Shown: positions 1-10,410 of the stretch, in pieces | Layout: every line of letters starts with the position of its first letter | Position numbering within the stretch: position 1 is the first letter of the stretch | Translations under genes and position numbers: made by a program | Assembly: GCA_937922745.1 (NCBI GenBank) | Contig: CALAJO010000033.1 | Coordinates: 2,250-66,249, forward strand | DNA from: an uncultured cyanobacterium | GTDB taxonomy: Bacteria; Cyanobacteriota; Vampirovibrionia; Vampirovibrionales; JAGQHJ01 | Direction of reading: 5' to 3' | DNA length: 64,000 bases | The notes under the pieces: model-generated | Database searches by the model: none | Seen by the model: only the letters and a program-made list of their open reading frames with translations | Told to the model about the DNA's origin: nothing

Positions 1-353
1 AGAAAGTCCGGCAGTTTTTTCAGCTGCTTGGGCCCCTGGAACTGCAAAGAGAGTTCACCCAATTCAAAAATCTGCTCCTTGATTAAAAACCGGAAAAACA
101 TTTTCAGGGCGCTCAGTTTTCGGGCGATGCTGCTTTTGGCAAGCTGCTGGCTGTTGAGGAACTGGCTGAACTGTCCCGGTACCCGTCGCAGGTCATCCGG
201 CTCTATCACGTCCAGTTGGGAAAACCAATCGATAAACAGATCCAGATCCTTGCTATAGGCGCGGAGCGTATTGGGGGATAAATCCCGTTGCACGCTTAAA
301 TTGGTGAGAAAGGCTTCGCGCCCATCCTTAAACCGCTCTAAAACGCTTTCCAT
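1..353 (-). CDS. Tyrosine recombinase, XerC/XerD-like (N-terminal part; gene continues beyond window start)
   Basis: Own translation of the minus strand from the ATG at 353-351: MESVLERFKDGREAFLTNLSVQRDLSPNTLRAYSKDLDLFIDWF...SSIARKLSALKMFFRFL. This is the typical Xer/integrase SAM-like core-binding domain. It is absent from the ORF track because there is no stop in the window. Confidence 0.7.
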   Translation of the reverse strand, partial: MESVLERFKDGREAFLTNLSVQRDLSPNTLRAYSKDLDLFIDWFSQLDVIEPDDLRRVPGQFSQFLNSQQLAKSSIARKLSALKMFFRFLIKEQIFELGELSLQFQGPKQLKKLPDF

Positions 354-522
354 AGTAATCATTATAGCGATAATTTATCTTACTTTGGGCTTACAGGTGT
401 AGGAGTCTTTACTAGAAGGTGCAACAATGTTTAAATTTAGTGATTAATTTATAGAAAAATTGTACATACAGTAAATATTGGTAACTTACTCTCAGCTTTT
501 TGTAGTGAATAAGGAATTTCTG

Positions 523-1320
523 ATGAGAATCCAATCCTTACACCCTGGCATAACCGTGAAAATAAATGCCGCAACATCAATGAGACATCCCGTTGTTGAT
601 CCGGCGGTTCGGTTAGGACAAAGCAATGAGAGGAAAAAGCCTGAGATTTTGCAGGTCAAGGGTATCTCAATGGGTATTATAAGATACCCGATCACAACGG
701 TGGAAATAACAAATCCTGCGATTTTTATTGCAACGCAAATTCCTGAAATGAAGGATGTAGTGGTTGGATATAAAGAGAAGCTTAGAGTAGCGTTTGATCC
801 GCCCAGCGCGGCGATAAGTCATAGACTGAGACCAGTAATGGAATTTGAGTTGCCAGAAGAAATATTAAGACAAACCCGCTATGGTCAACCTATAGAATTG
901 ATTTTAAAGCCTGAGAGAGATCCTATTCACAGAATAATAAGTGGGCGACCTTATGTGGCGGAAGTAAACACAACTGAAATTTTGAAGCCCTCCAGCGACG
1001 TGGGCATAACTGATGAAACCACGAAGTTGACGATGCCCCCAGAGATAAGAGGTATTGTGGGCGGATTTTACTCCAACCAGAATAATAGCCGTTTTTATAT
1101 TAAGGTGTTTGTGGATGCCGTTGATGCAGCCCAAAAAAACATTGCTACCGAGCATACTTTTGAAGTAGACAAGAAAGTTTATGATGGGTTGCAAAACAAA
1201 GATGAAGTAGGCTTGGATCGAATTGAGCGCCGTAACCCATGGAAACGCTTTCGACAAGGCCGGTACGAAGTCGTATTGGATTATGCCGGGCTCATAAAGA
1301 AAATAATAGAAAATCAATAA
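523..1320 (+). CDS. Hypothetical protein
   Basis: 280-aa ORF in the track (TTG at 478). The first ATG is at 523 (MRIQSLHPG...). No motif recognised. Confidence 0.45.
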   Translation: MRIQSLHPGITVKINAATSMRHPVVDPAVRLGQSNERKKPEILQVKGISMGIIRYPITTVEITNPAIFIATQIPEMKDVVVGYKEKLRVAFDPPSAAISHRLRPVMEFELPEEILRQTRYGQPIELILKPERDPIHRIISGRPYVAEVNTTEILKPSSDVGITDETTKLTMPPEIRGIVGGFYSNQNNSRFYIKVFVDAVDAAQKNIATEHTFEVDKKVYDGLQNKDEVGLDRIERRNPWKRFRQGRYEVVLDYAGLIKKIIENQ

Positions 1321-1424
1321 TCTTGGTCAGACGGGGCTGTACATCTTTTGAAAGCGAAGGGCTTTTCCGCTACAATAGGCGGGTCATCTTATATTGACGT
1401 GTTTGCAAAGGAGAAACAAGGAAC

Positions 1425-2954
1425 ATGGTTGGAACTCAAACCGCTACGGGGGCTCAAACCGAGCAAACGTCGACACCAAAAGAATTTAAGAATTATATCA
1501 ACGGAAAATGGCAGCCTGCCAAATCCGGCAAAACCTTTCAAAGCATCAACCCGGCAAATCCTGCCGATATCGTTGGGATTTTCCCTGCATCCGACAAACA
1601 GGATGTGGATGAAGCCGTTGCTGCCGCAAAGAAAGCTTACGAAGACTGGCGTTTGTACCCGGCTCCCAAGCGTGCCGAAATCCTGTTCCGCGCCGGACAG
1701 ATCTTCATCGAGCGCAAAGAGGAATTGGCCCGCGAGTTGACCCGGGAGATGGGCAAGGTGCTGGCCGAGGCCCGCGGTGATGTGCAGGAAGTGATCGACA
1801 TGGTTTTCTACGCAGCCGGTGAAGGCCGCCGCTTGTTTGGGCAAACCACCCCTTCCGAATTGCGCAACAAGTTCGCCATGTCCGTTCGTGTGCCGCTGGG
1901 GGTTATTGGCTGTATTACGCCGTGGAACTTCCCGATGGCGATCCCCAGTTGGAAGATTGCACCTGCCCTGGTTTGCGGAAACACCATTGTGTTTAAACCC
2001 GCCAGCGATACGCCCCTGGTTGCAACCCGCTTTGTGGAAATCCTGGAAGAAGCCGGTCTTCCGCCGGGCGTCCTGAACCTGGTAACGGGTGGTGGCAGCG
2101 CTGTGGGCGATGCCATGCTGGAAAACCCGGAGATTAAGCTGATCTCCTTTACCGGCTCTTGCGATGTGGGCCGTCACGTTAACGAAAAATGCGCCCCGAG
2201 CTTCAAGCGCGTTTCTTTGGAAATGGGTGGAAAGAACGCCACCATCGTCCTGGATGACGCCAACCTGGATCTCGCCGTGGATGGGATTCTGTGGGGAGCG
2301 TTCGGCACGGCCGGGCAACGTTGTACCGCCACCAGCCGCGTGATCGTGCAAAAAGGCATCTATCCGCAATTGCGGGAGAAGCTCCTGGAGCGCGCCAAAA
2401 GCCTGAAATTGGGCTATGGCCTGGATGCCAACGTGGATGTGGGCCCCGTTATCAATGAATCCTCCCTCAAGAAAATTGAGAAATATGTCCAAATCGGGCA
2501 GGAAGAAGGCGCCAAGTTGCTGTTTGGCGGCCAGCGCGCCCCGGAAGCCGGCCCTGGCTGGTTCTTCCAACCTACTATTTTCGATGAGGTGAAGCCGAAC
2601 ATGCGGATTGCCCAAGAGGAAATCTTCGGGCCCGTAACCGCGCTCATCCCGGTGAGTGACCTGAAAGAAGCCCTCCATGTCGCTAACGATATCGAGTTTG
2701 GCCTTTCCACCGCCATTTATACCAAGGACGTGAACAAGGCATTCGAAGCCGTTCGCGACCTCGAATCCGGCCTGACGTACGTTAATGCGCCGACGATCGG
2801 GGCTGAGGTTCACCTCCCGTTCGGCGGCACCAAAAACACCGGCAATGGCCACCGCGAAGCGGCCGAGGCTTGCCTGGACATCTTTACGGAATGGAAAACG
2901 GTCTATATCGATTACAGCGACAAGCTCCAGCGCGCGCAAATCGATATCGAATAG
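1425..2954 (+). CDS. NAD(P)+-dependent aldehyde dehydrogenase (ALDH superfamily, ALDH7-like)
   Basis: 509 aa with RBS GGAGAAACAAGGAAC before the ATG. ALDH motifs are present: [38 protein letters not shown]. Confidence 0.92.
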   Translation: MVGTQTATGAQTEQTSTPKEFKNYINGKWQPAKSGKTFQSINPANPADIVGIFPASDKQDVDEAVAAAKKAYEDWRLYPAPKRAEILFRAGQIFIERKEELARELTREMGKVLAEARGDVQEVIDMVFYAAGEGRRLFGQTTPSELRNKFAMSVRVPLGVIGCITPWNFPMAIPSWKIAPALVCGNTIVFKPASDTPLVATRFVEILEEAGLPPGVLNLVTGGGSAVGDAMLENPEIKLISFTGSCDVGRHVNEKCAPSFKRVSLEMGGKNATIVLDDANLDLAVDGILWGAFGTAGQRCTATSRVIVQKGIYPQLREKLLERAKSLKLGYGLDANVDVGPVINESSLKKIEKYVQIGQEEGAKLLFGGQRAPEAGPGWFFQPTIFDEVKPNMRIAQEEIFGPVTALIPVSDLKEALHVANDIEFGLSTAIYTKDVNKAFEAVRDLESGLTYVNAPTIGAEVHLPFGGTKNTGNGHREAAEACLDIFTEWKTVYIDYSDKLQRAQIDIE

Positions 2955-2976
2955 TCGTTATCATTTCAATTTTAAA

Positions 2977-3002
2977 GGGAGAGCCTTGGCTCTCCCTTTT
3001 TG
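2977..3002. terminator. Bidirectional intrinsic terminator between the convergent ALDH and methyltransferase genes
   Basis: The hairpin is GGGAGAG-CCTTGG-CTCTCCC. It is flanked by AAA upstream and TTTTT downstream. Confidence 0.6.
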
Positions 3003-3027
3003 TATACGGTATTTTGCGCCGTTGCGC

Positions 3028-3621
3028 TCAAAAGCAAATGCTTAGTTTTTGCCGAACCGGCCCTTTGTAGCCAATGGCCCAAAGGTTAAAGCGGGTTTTG
3101 TTGACGTCAACCTCTGCGAAGCCAGCCTCTTCCAGCTTCTTTCTCAGGCTTTTTGCGGTAAAGCCGGTTTTATGAGCCATAAAGTGGTTTCCTTTGGCTA
3201 TCGGCGGACGATGGCCAAACAGGACGTCGATTGGGCTGATGGGCCCATCCGCGGACTGGTAAGCCGGTTCCTCCAACTGGTCATCCACAATGTATTGCGA
3301 AATATCCTGCAAATCCGGTACATTGACGATGGCGAAGCCGCCGGGCTTGAGAACCCGGTAAAACTCCTTTAAGGCAACAGGGACTTCGTGGGCGAACAGA
3401 TGCTCCAGGTTCTGGGCAGACCAGAGGGCATCCACGGATTGGGAAGGAACTGCCGCCATATCGGTAATGGAGGCAATAATATCCGGCGCCACGTCAGGAT
3501 CCAGATCCAGTCGCACCTCTCGCCAGTTCGCTGTCCGAAAGGGCTCCGGTAGTTTGTGAGGGTTATATCGCCCACAGCCGACATGCAGAATAATATGCTG
3601 CTGCTGTTCAGCAACGTCCAT
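3028..3621 (-). CDS. Class I SAM-dependent methyltransferase
   Basis: 197 aa. Motif I is LHVGCG, followed by VRLDLDP and LKPGGFAIV (post-I/II motifs of the Methyltransf_11 type). Confidence 0.8.
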   Translation of the reverse strand: MDVAEQQQHIILHVGCGRYNPHKLPEPFRTANWREVRLDLDPDVAPDIIASITDMAAVPSQSVDALWSAQNLEHLFAHEVPVALKEFYRVLKPGGFAIVNVPDLQDISQYIVDDQLEEPAYQSADGPISPIDVLFGHRPPIAKGNHFMAHKTGFTAKSLRKKLEEAGFAEVDVNKTRFNLWAIGYKGPVRQKLSICF

Positions 3622-3744
3622 TGTCTATGAATCCCCAAAATCGCTCCTACTGATATCCATTATAAGGATCAGTCCTTTGTATCGATGGATTGTGCCTGAA
3701 AATCCACTTTGCAGAGGACATGGCTGGCCCTTCAGTCCTGAGGT

Positions 3745-3906
3745 TTAGTAATAGGCTTTGGGCAGGTCCAGTGGCGGCAAGGTGGAGGTCGTGACGGGGT
3801 AAGGCCTGATCATCATCACAACGGCAGCCAGGAGGCCGGCAACCAAAAGCCAGCCCACAACAATCAGGCTGAAGCGAACAAGGGGGTGTTGGGTAAGAAT
3901 CGTCAT
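3745..3906 (-). CDS. Small membrane protein (hypothetical)
   Basis: Internal ATG at 3906 preceded by GGAGAACCCAAT. The 53-aa product has one strongly hydrophobic helix (FSLIVVGWLLVAGLLAAVVMMI). Confidence 0.35.
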   Translation of the reverse strand: MTILTQHPLVRFSLIVVGWLLVAGLLAAVVMMIRPYPVTTSTLPPLDLPKAYY

Positions 3907-4076
3907 ATTGGGTTCTCCTGTCATTATTTGGATAATTTCAGGATAACGCGGTGTAAGCCTTTGAGGGCTTGGGTTATGACAGTTTTTCCGGGTGTCATAT
4001 CGCGATTGGAAAAAATGGACGAACGAACCCATTTTTGCCGTATGCTAAAAAGGCACCGAATGGGAATAAGCCTGAG

Positions 4077-4496
4077 ATGCCTGGCCCGCTTTTGATTTTT
4101 TATGACGCCGATTGCAGCCTTTGCCAACATGCCAAGGCCCGACTGGAGCGGATTGACCGAAGCAACCAATTGCGTTTTGTCCCGCTCCAGGACCCGGTTG
4201 TGGCGGAAAAGCTGCCGGATGTGCCCGCCTATCAACTGCGGCAAACCATGCATGTGCTGAGGCCGGACGGGCAGTATTTTGCCGGGGCTGCGGCTTTTCG
4301 GGAGGTTGGCCAGGTGATTAGCCCGGCGTCGCCTGCGGGCTTGGGGTTAAGGCTGTTTGCCGGGCTGACGCGTGTTCCGGGTGTGCTGGACGTTGCGGAG
4401 TGGGTTTACCGAAAGGTGGCTGAAAACCGTTATAAATTCAGGTTTAACCCAACCGAATGCACGGTTTGCGATATCCGGGGGCCGCACCGGCACTAG
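4077..4496 (+). CDS. DCC-family thiol-disulfide oxidoreductase (DUF393)
   Basis: The sequence LLIFYDADCSLCQHAKARLERIDRSNQLRFVPLQ matches the D-C-x-x-C signature of the DCC1-like family. Start placed at Met37 of the track ORF. Confidence 0.7.
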   Translation: MPGPLLIFYDADCSLCQHAKARLERIDRSNQLRFVPLQDPVVAEKLPDVPAYQLRQTMHVLRPDGQYFAGAAAFREVGQVISPASPAGLGLRLFAGLTRVPGVLDVAEWVYRKVAENRYKFRFNPTECTVCDIRGPHRH

Positions 4497-5113
4497 GGCA
4501 CTGTAACAGTAGGCTTTTCCGCCGGGCGGATGGTTTTGACCAGCGAGGCGATAGACTGGCTGAGCGCGATGCCATCCGTTGAGACAAAATGCTGGTTCTC
4601 CCGTGTCAGGTTCCAGGGAAGATGCCCCCTGGTGTTGGAGGTAGACGACAATTTAACGATATTGCCGTCCTCAAAATCAAGCCGCAACACCCAGTTGGGA
4701 TAATCATCGGTGTGTTCGATCACTTCAACCGGCTTCGTTGTGGATTTCCAGGGTTCCGCCTGCACCGCGTCCATTAGCGCCTTGATTTGCCCGCTTTGAA
4801 CCACGCTTTGATGCGTCCGGGTCTGCTTGGGCTTGGTGCTGTCTCCGGGGATTTTGCTGAGTGTGGCCTGGGATTGATACGTTTGATGATCCGCCGCCAG
4901 GGTGAGGGCGTATTCCTCTCGGATGGCGTGGGGGCTTAATCCAAGCCAGGAGTAATGGATGAGAACCTGCTGCGGCAGATCGCTTTTGGGCAGGGCCGGT
5001 TTGCCAGGCGCTGCATTGTTACAACCAATGGTGAGAATTAAAAAAGAAATGCTGGATAAAAAAACAAAAATAACGGACACAACGCCCGGCGCGAGCGATG
5101 ATTTTTTCCGCAT
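4493..5113 (-). CDS. Putative lipoprotein (hypothetical)
   Basis: From Met33 the protein reads MRKKSSLAPGVVSVIFVFLSSISFLILTIGC, a signal peptide plus a lipobox-like L-T-I-G-C. Confidence 0.5.
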   Translation of the reverse strand: MRKKSSLAPGVVSVIFVFLSSISFLILTIGCNNAAPGKPALPKSDLPQQVLIHYSWLGLSPHAIREEYALTLAADHQTYQSQATLSKIPGDSTKPKQTRTHQSVVQSGQIKALMDAVQAEPWKSTTKPVEVIEHTDDYPNWVLRLDFEDGNIVKLSSTSNTRGHLPWNLTRENQHFVSTDGIALSQSIASLVKTIRPAEKPTVTVP

Positions 5114-5233
5114 GCCACGCTCCTGTTTCAACCTGATGCGACCCAATCCATTATAGCCCATCCCAGCCATAAGAGGGCTTGTGTGTATCGGGCAGACCAC
5201 TCCGGGCAATCGCGCCGGAAGTAAAGGGAAGGA

Positions 5234-5734
5234 ATGGGTTTGTCGATAAAAGGCTTAATCGAGGAAAATTGCCTGATGCCCCAAAATTGCCTCCATTGCC
5301 AGCAACCTTACCGGCCTCCCGAGAGCCTGAAAAAGCAGGAGTTTTGCGAAGCGTGTGCCGCTGCCTACGACGCGGCCTTTGTTAAAATCCACCAGTTTAT
5401 CCTGGATCACGACAAGCCGCAGGGCTACTCGGCAAAGGATATTGAGTGGGTCATGACGGCTAACGAATTGCCCAGACGCTTTGTTCAAAAATTTTTTAAC
5501 GAAAGCGGTTCGCAGAAAAGCCTGATTGAAGCCAGCCGAAGCACTTGTTCCCGCTGTAATAAGGATCTGTTGCCTCACGAACGCCGGTATTGCACAGCAT
5601 GCAGCCAAACCACGTTAAACCTGGCGCGGGAGATTGATGAAAACAGGGTAGATGTTGCAATACCAGGTCGAAAAACGTTGAAGCGCCGCAACGCGAACCG
5701 GAGTGAACATCGGTATGGCCTGCGCCGGGATTGA
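5234..5734 (+). CDS. Hypothetical protein with two CxxC...CxxC zinc-ribbon-like motifs
   Basis: 166 aa containing CLHCQ...CEAC and CSRCN...CTAC pairs. Confidence 0.45.
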   Translation: MGLSIKGLIEENCLMPQNCLHCQQPYRPPESLKKQEFCEACAAAYDAAFVKIHQFILDHDKPQGYSAKDIEWVMTANELPRRFVQKFFNESGSQKSLIEASRSTCSRCNKDLLPHERRYCTACSQTTLNLAREIDENRVDVAIPGRKTLKRRNANRSEHRYGLRRD

Positions 5735-6086
5735 TAATCCGGTGTAAAACAGGTGAATCGTAAGAAAAATGTATTGTGTTGGTTTTGGTATGGAGACTGT
5801 TCCCTTACTCGCGTGTCAGATACAAAACTCCACAGGTTCACTGCTTAGGGGGTAGCTGGCTTTCGCCACCGAAACCAACACATTTTTTATTATAGGCGTT
5901 ATTACCAGTGGATTGTATCGCTCCATCGGGCAGAATTTACACCTATAAACCGATTTTCGCGAAGGCGATGTTGGGTTTGCAGGATGGCGCAAATATGACC
6001 TGGAGCGGATTTACAGCTAACCTTGTCCTTGCCGGGTCATGCGTTTCGCCAGGTTTCTAAAAGGCGCTAGAAAAGTGGCTAGCGCT

Positions 6087-7583
6087 TTACGATTTGGAAG
6101 CGAGCGGTATCATAACCGTAAACTTGCTGCCTTTGCCCACTGAAGATTGAATGTGGAGCGTGCCGGCATGCAGTTCAATAATCCGTTTTACCAGCGCAAG
6201 GCCCAAGCCGGATCCTGTCATCCGCCGAACCCGCCGCTGGCTGCCCTGCTCAAAGGGATGGAAAATGCGCTCGATATCCTCCTGGGAAATGCCGGGGCCT
6301 TCGTCAATCACGTCAAAGATGAGGCATTGATGCCTGTCCATTCGGCATTGCAATTGGAGGGTCTTAGCTTCTGGCGTGTACTTGTTGGCATTGGAAAGCA
6401 GGTTGGTCATCACCTGCTTGAGCCTCAGCTTATCCATCGCAACCACTTCCGGTAAGCTCTTATCCAGGTGGATCCGTAATATTTGCTGTTTTTTCTCGAT
6501 TAACGGACTGACCAGCGCGCTAACCTCCTGGACAAATTCCTGGATATTAACGGCTTCCTTATGCAAGCTCATCTTGCCGGCGTCAATCTTGGAGATGTCC
6601 AGAATATCATTAATAATGGTCAGCAAATGCTGGCCGCCATCGTGGATCATGCTGATGTATTCGGCTTGTTTTGCGGTAAGTCCTCCGAAGACTTGCTCTG
6701 CCAGCATGGTGGAAGCGGAAATAATGGTGTGGAGCGGTGTGCGCAATTCGTGCGACATGCTGACCAGGAAGTTATTTTTGCGGCTATTGGCGAGTTTGGC
6801 GGCTTCTTTCTCTTTCCGTTCGGTTAAGTCCGTGGCGCAGACGATAATCTCATCGGTGCTGCCGTGTACCAGTGCGGCGTAGAGTTGAACATCAACGAGC
6901 GTCCCGGTTCGGTGGACATATTGCCATTCCACCGAGATGGGCCTGGAAGAATGCTGCAATTGCTCAAGCAGGTTCAGCCGTTCCATCTGGAGGTGTTCGG
7001 GAGACAATTGTTTCCAATCGATTTCACCATTCTCAAAGTCGGTTTTGCTGTAGCCGAGCATGTTGAGGAAAGCGTCGTTGGCGCACTTAATTTCGCAATC
7101 GGTGTTGGCAAAGGCAATCCCGATCATGTTGGCCTCAAAAATCTGTCGAAACCGGGCTTCGCTTTCCTGTAGGGCATGCAGGGCCGCTTTTCGCTCACGT
7201 CGGATCCGGGCTTCATTCAATTCCTTGTGAATCACGGGCACCAGCTTGTTCAGGTTGTCCTTCATCACGTAGTTGTTTACGCCGGCTCTCATCAAGGCAA
7301 TGGCGGATTCCTCCCCGATATGGCCCGATACCATGATAAACGGGATATCAATCCCATGTTCCTGCACAATCTCCAGGGCACGCTGCCCGCTGAAGCCCGG
7401 TAAATTATAATCCGCGAGGATGACATCCCATTTAGATTGGGACAGGGCCAGCATCATTTCGTTAGCGGTTTCCACCCGTTGAAAATGCAGCGGGCTGAAG
7501 CCGGGCTTCAGCGCTTTGATAACCAACTGCGCGTCCGACTCCGAATCCTCAACGATGAGGACGTTCAATTCCCGCTCTGCCAT
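6087..7583 (-). CDS. Hybrid sensor histidine kinase / response regulator (REC-PAS-HisKA-HATPase)
   Basis: N-terminal receiver domain (VLIVEDSESD...ILADYNLPG...K), a PAS-like middle, the H-box SHELRTPL, an N-box NLLSNANKY and a G-box DEGPGI...GSGLGLA. Confidence 0.9.
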   Translation of the reverse strand: MAERELNVLIVEDSESDAQLVIKALKPGFSPLHFQRVETANEMMLALSQSKWDVILADYNLPGFSGQRALEIVQEHGIDIPFIMVSGHIGEESAIALMRAGVNNYVMKDNLNKLVPVIHKELNEARIRRERKAALHALQESEARFRQIFEANMIGIAFANTDCEIKCANDAFLNMLGYSKTDFENGEIDWKQLSPEHLQMERLNLLEQLQHSSRPISVEWQYVHRTGTLVDVQLYAALVHGSTDEIIVCATDLTERKEKEAAKLANSRKNNFLVSMSHELRTPLHTIISASTMLAEQVFGGLTAKQAEYISMIHDGGQHLLTIINDILDISKIDAGKMSLHKEAVNIQEFVQEVSALVSPLIEKKQQILRIHLDKSLPEVVAMDKLRLKQVMTNLLSNANKYTPEAKTLQLQCRMDRHQCLIFDVIDEGPGISQEDIERIFHPFEQGSQRRVRRMTGSGLGLALVKRIIELHAGTLHIQSSVGKGSKFTVMIPLASKS

Positions 7584-7875
7584 TTTTCTGCCATATTCTT
7601 ACCGCCTTATTGAACCACATGGCCGTGTCATCAAAATGACACGCCCATGCAAAGTGCCTTTATTTTAACCGTGTCGATTGTTGAGTTGGTCGAGAAATGT
7701 TCGGTTTTTGTTATTGCTATTTTAATTCAAAAGAATTTTAGCCCATGTATATCACCGTCCTGATACTTAAGTACTATTACGGACATGGATTGCCATGGGG
7801 AATGATAAAAGCAAGGTGTTTGTGATAAACTCGTCCTAAGAGAGAGTAGCTGCCGCGCCTGACGCGGATGAGAGA

Positions 7876-8844
7876 ATGAGAAATTTGCCGAAGCAAGTTC
7901 TACTTTGGTATCTTCTGGCTGCCTGGTTTATTTTCAGCCCGGTTCGGGGGTTTGCCGCTATCAATGAGGATTTCAACGGCCCGATTGCGCTGGGTATTTA
8001 CGCCGAGGACAATGGCCCTGCCAATGAGCATATTCATTTGCTGGAGCGCCGTTTACAGTTCCGGTTCCCGATTATTCATCTCTATGCCGGTTTCGATCAG
8101 TCATTCCAGGCGTTTTACCTGAAAAACAAGCGGATTTTGCAGGATCCGGACAGAACCATCCTGCTGTCCTGGGCGCCCGGTGTGCCGAGTGGAACCCTTT
8201 ACAAGGAAATTGCGCAAGGCAAAACGGATCCTTTTATCCGGCAATGGGCAAAGTCGCTCAAATCGCTGGAGCGGCCGGTATATCTGCGTTTTGCGTACGA
8301 AATGAATATGACCAATATGGATTGGAACGCCACGGAGCAAAACGGCGGCCCGCAGGCTTTTATTGCCGCCTGGCGGCGGATTCACGATATATTTGAGGCA
8401 CAAGGCGCGGATAACATCCGTTGGGTGTGGTGCCCGCATGCCGATCAGCAATCGCCCCATTATACGGATGCCCGGCAATATTATCCCGGCGATGCTTATG
8501 TGGATTGGATCGGCCTGGATGGGTACGCCTGGCGCTCCCAGCAATCCTTCGACCAGATTTTTGGAGCGTCCTATCAGCAACTCGAAAAGCATCAAAAGCC
8601 CATGATGATTGCTGAAATCGGCACTGCCGCTACGGATAACCAGCCGGATCAGTGGATACAGAAGACATTTATGCAACTGCCTAAAAAATATCCGCGAATC
8701 AAGGCGCTTGTTTACTTCAATGCGGATTTTTCCCATCGCGGCGAGAAGGACTGGCGTTTTACGCATCACCCGAAAATGCTGGAGGCCTTTCGCACGGTGA
8801 CGCAGTTGCCCGTATTCTCCACCGCCACTTCCAGCGCGCTATAG
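7876..8844 (+). CDS. Secreted glycoside hydrolase, GH26-like (beta-mannanase family)
   Basis: Signal peptide, then YLRFAYEMN (acid/base Glu context), WVWCPH and MMIAEIG (nucleophile Glu context), all typical of GH26. Confidence 0.7.
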   Translation: MRNLPKQVLLWYLLAAWFIFSPVRGFAAINEDFNGPIALGIYAEDNGPANEHIHLLERRLQFRFPIIHLYAGFDQSFQAFYLKNKRILQDPDRTILLSWAPGVPSGTLYKEIAQGKTDPFIRQWAKSLKSLERPVYLRFAYEMNMTNMDWNATEQNGGPQAFIAAWRRIHDIFEAQGADNIRWVWCPHADQQSPHYTDARQYYPGDAYVDWIGLDGYAWRSQQSFDQIFGASYQQLEKHQKPMMIAEIGTAATDNQPDQWIQKTFMQLPKKYPRIKALVYFNADFSHRGEKDWRFTHHPKMLEAFRTVTQLPVFSTATSSAL

Positions 8845-8860
8845 TACAATAAAAGTGTCA

Positions 8861-9742
8861 ATGTCGGTGGGTTCAGGCTTTGGTATGACCTCCATCAGCG
8901 TCATCATCCCAACTTATAACGGGGCGCCGTTTATCCTTGATGCATTACGCAGCCTGGAAGCCAGCCTGGCTTATATGCAAGGCAGGTTTGCAGCCCATCC
9001 GGAGCTTTCCGGCTTCCAGGCGGAAGCCATTATCGTGGACGACCACTCTACGGATGATACCGTGGCCGTGGTGCAGGATTACATTGCACATAAGCCGCTT
9101 TTCCGGTTTACGATAACCGACCGGAACCGGGGCGTGGGCACGGCCCGTAACTTGGGCGTCAAAACCTCCCACGGCGAACTCATCTTCTATCTCGATCAGG
9201 ATGACACTTACCTGGAGAAGCATCTTTATTACTGCGTGCAGGCCTTGGCCTCCAACCCGCTGTTTGGCGCCGTGAAAACACAGGCCCGTCTGAGTGCGCC
9301 GGTGCATCCCTACTGGAAGCAGGTTATTGAATCCACCATCCCCATTACCACGTGCATCCGACGGGATGTGCATGACTTCATCGGCGGGTTTGTGGAAGAT
9401 CCCCGGCTAAAGGAGCTGAAATGCGAAGACAGTATTTACTTCCAGCTATTGCGCAACCTGTTTCGCATCATTCGCATCCAGGAAGAAACCGTGGTGCATA
9501 ACAAAACCCCCGGCAACGCGTTTGATCGCCAGTACGAGCGTTTTTCCAATCCGCCGGAGCAGAACATCAATGCCTTGAACGAGCGGGAGGCCGAGCTGCG
9601 GCCAGAGATCATCGCGCTGTTTAAGGAGCGCCTTGCCGAGCGCATCCTGCTTCGCGAACGCCTGCTTGCCCATAAATCCTTCGCCGACAAACCCGACTGC
9701 CACTTCGTAATTCAACCCTCGAAGCTGGAGCAGCAAAACTAA
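8861..9742 (+). CDS. Family 2 glycosyltransferase
   Basis: ISVIIPTYNGAPFI, VDDHSTDDT and YLDQDD are GT-A/GT2 signatures. The start is uncertain (GTG 8855, ATG 8861 or ATG 8885). Confidence 0.85.
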   Translation: MSVGSGFGMTSISVIIPTYNGAPFILDALRSLEASLAYMQGRFAAHPELSGFQAEAIIVDDHSTDDTVAVVQDYIAHKPLFRFTITDRNRGVGTARNLGVKTSHGELIFYLDQDDTYLEKHLYYCVQALASNPLFGAVKTQARLSAPVHPYWKQVIESTIPITTCIRRDVHDFIGGFVEDPRLKELKCEDSIYFQLLRNLFRIIRIQEETVVHNKTPGNAFDRQYERFSNPPEQNINALNEREAELRPEIIALFKERLAERILLRERLLAHKSFADKPDCHFVIQPSKLEQQN

Positions 9743-10191
9743 TCAGCAACATGCTCCCATTCCCAAACGAGCCCATCCTCCGCTGTTTCCTTAGGGCCGA
9801 GAAGCTGGAAATTAAGCTTTTTTAAAATGCAGGTCGATGCGTTCTCTTCCGGCAAGGTCTGCGCAAAAACAACAATATCCGGTTTCGTCTCTTTCGCGAT
9901 AGAAATGAGCTTTTTTGCCATCATCGTTGCATATCCCTGGCCTTCGTGGCCGGGGAAGGTAAAATACGCGATTTCAACCCGGCCATCTTGGGGAGGCCCT
10001 TTAAAGGCACAGGTGCCAATATATTCAGATTGATTCTGAACGAGATAGCCCACCCAAGGCCGTTGAAACCCTGTCTTCTGGTACATTCCCGAATTCGCCT
10101 GGCATACCATTGTAGCTATTTCAGGTAGTGGATGATCCAATTTGCCATCTTGAGGAATTGCCAAAAAAGAGAGCTTGTCGTCCATAGCCAT
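9739..10191 (-). CDS. GNAT-family N-acetyltransferase
   Basis: The acetyl-CoA motif A is HEGQGYATMMAKKLI. Start taken at MAMDDKL. Confidence 0.7.
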   Translation of the reverse strand: MAMDDKLSFLAIPQDGKLDHPLPEIATMVCQANSGMYQKTGFQRPWVGYLVQNQSEYIGTCAFKGPPQDGRVEIAYFTFPGHEGQGYATMMAKKLISIAKETKPDIVVFAQTLPEENASTCILKKLNFQLLGPKETAEDGLVWEWEHVAD

Positions 10192-10270
10192 GCCTTTACC
10201 GCGTGCGCAAGGCACTTTAAAAATAATGCGTTTTTAATTCCGGTAACCTTCTTAAAGAAGGCTTAAAAAA

Positions 10271-10315
10271 TGGTGGGCGATGACGGGCTCGAACCGCCGA
10301 CATCCTCCTTGTAAG
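10271..10315 (-). pseudogene. 3' half (nt 32-76, with CCA) of the host tRNA-Val(UAC), displaced by prophage insertion (attL)
   Basis: Minus strand reads CTTACAAGGAGGATGTCGGCGGTTCGAGCCCGTCATCGCCCACCA. It pairs perfectly with the 5' half at 53060-53022 (acceptor GGGCGAT/ATCGCCC). Confidence 0.9.
10308..10315. repeat. attL core (CTTGTAAG, the anticodon-loop sequence)
   Basis: Identical 8-mer to 53022-53029. Sequence identity between the two junctions stops exactly at its edges. Confidence 0.8.
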
Positions 10316-10410
10316 CCATGAGAGCATAGTAAGGGTTTCGGGTCAAGTAGAAGGCTGAAATAAAGACAGTACCTTGATCTCCACGTTAGAAAACGACAAG
10401 GAGATCTTGT

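Noticed and set aside
28-258. 76-aa plus-strand ORF at the window start
   Set aside because: It lies entirely inside the minus-strand Xer-like recombinase reading frame, which has clear family motifs. It also starts at TTG without an RBS.
1389-2939. 516-aa ORF on the minus strand spanning the whole aldehyde dehydrogenase gene
   Set aside because: It is a mirror ORF of a GC-biased gene. Its translation is Arg/Gly/Ala-rich with no motifs. The plus-strand frame carries the complete set of ALDH signatures and a good RBS.
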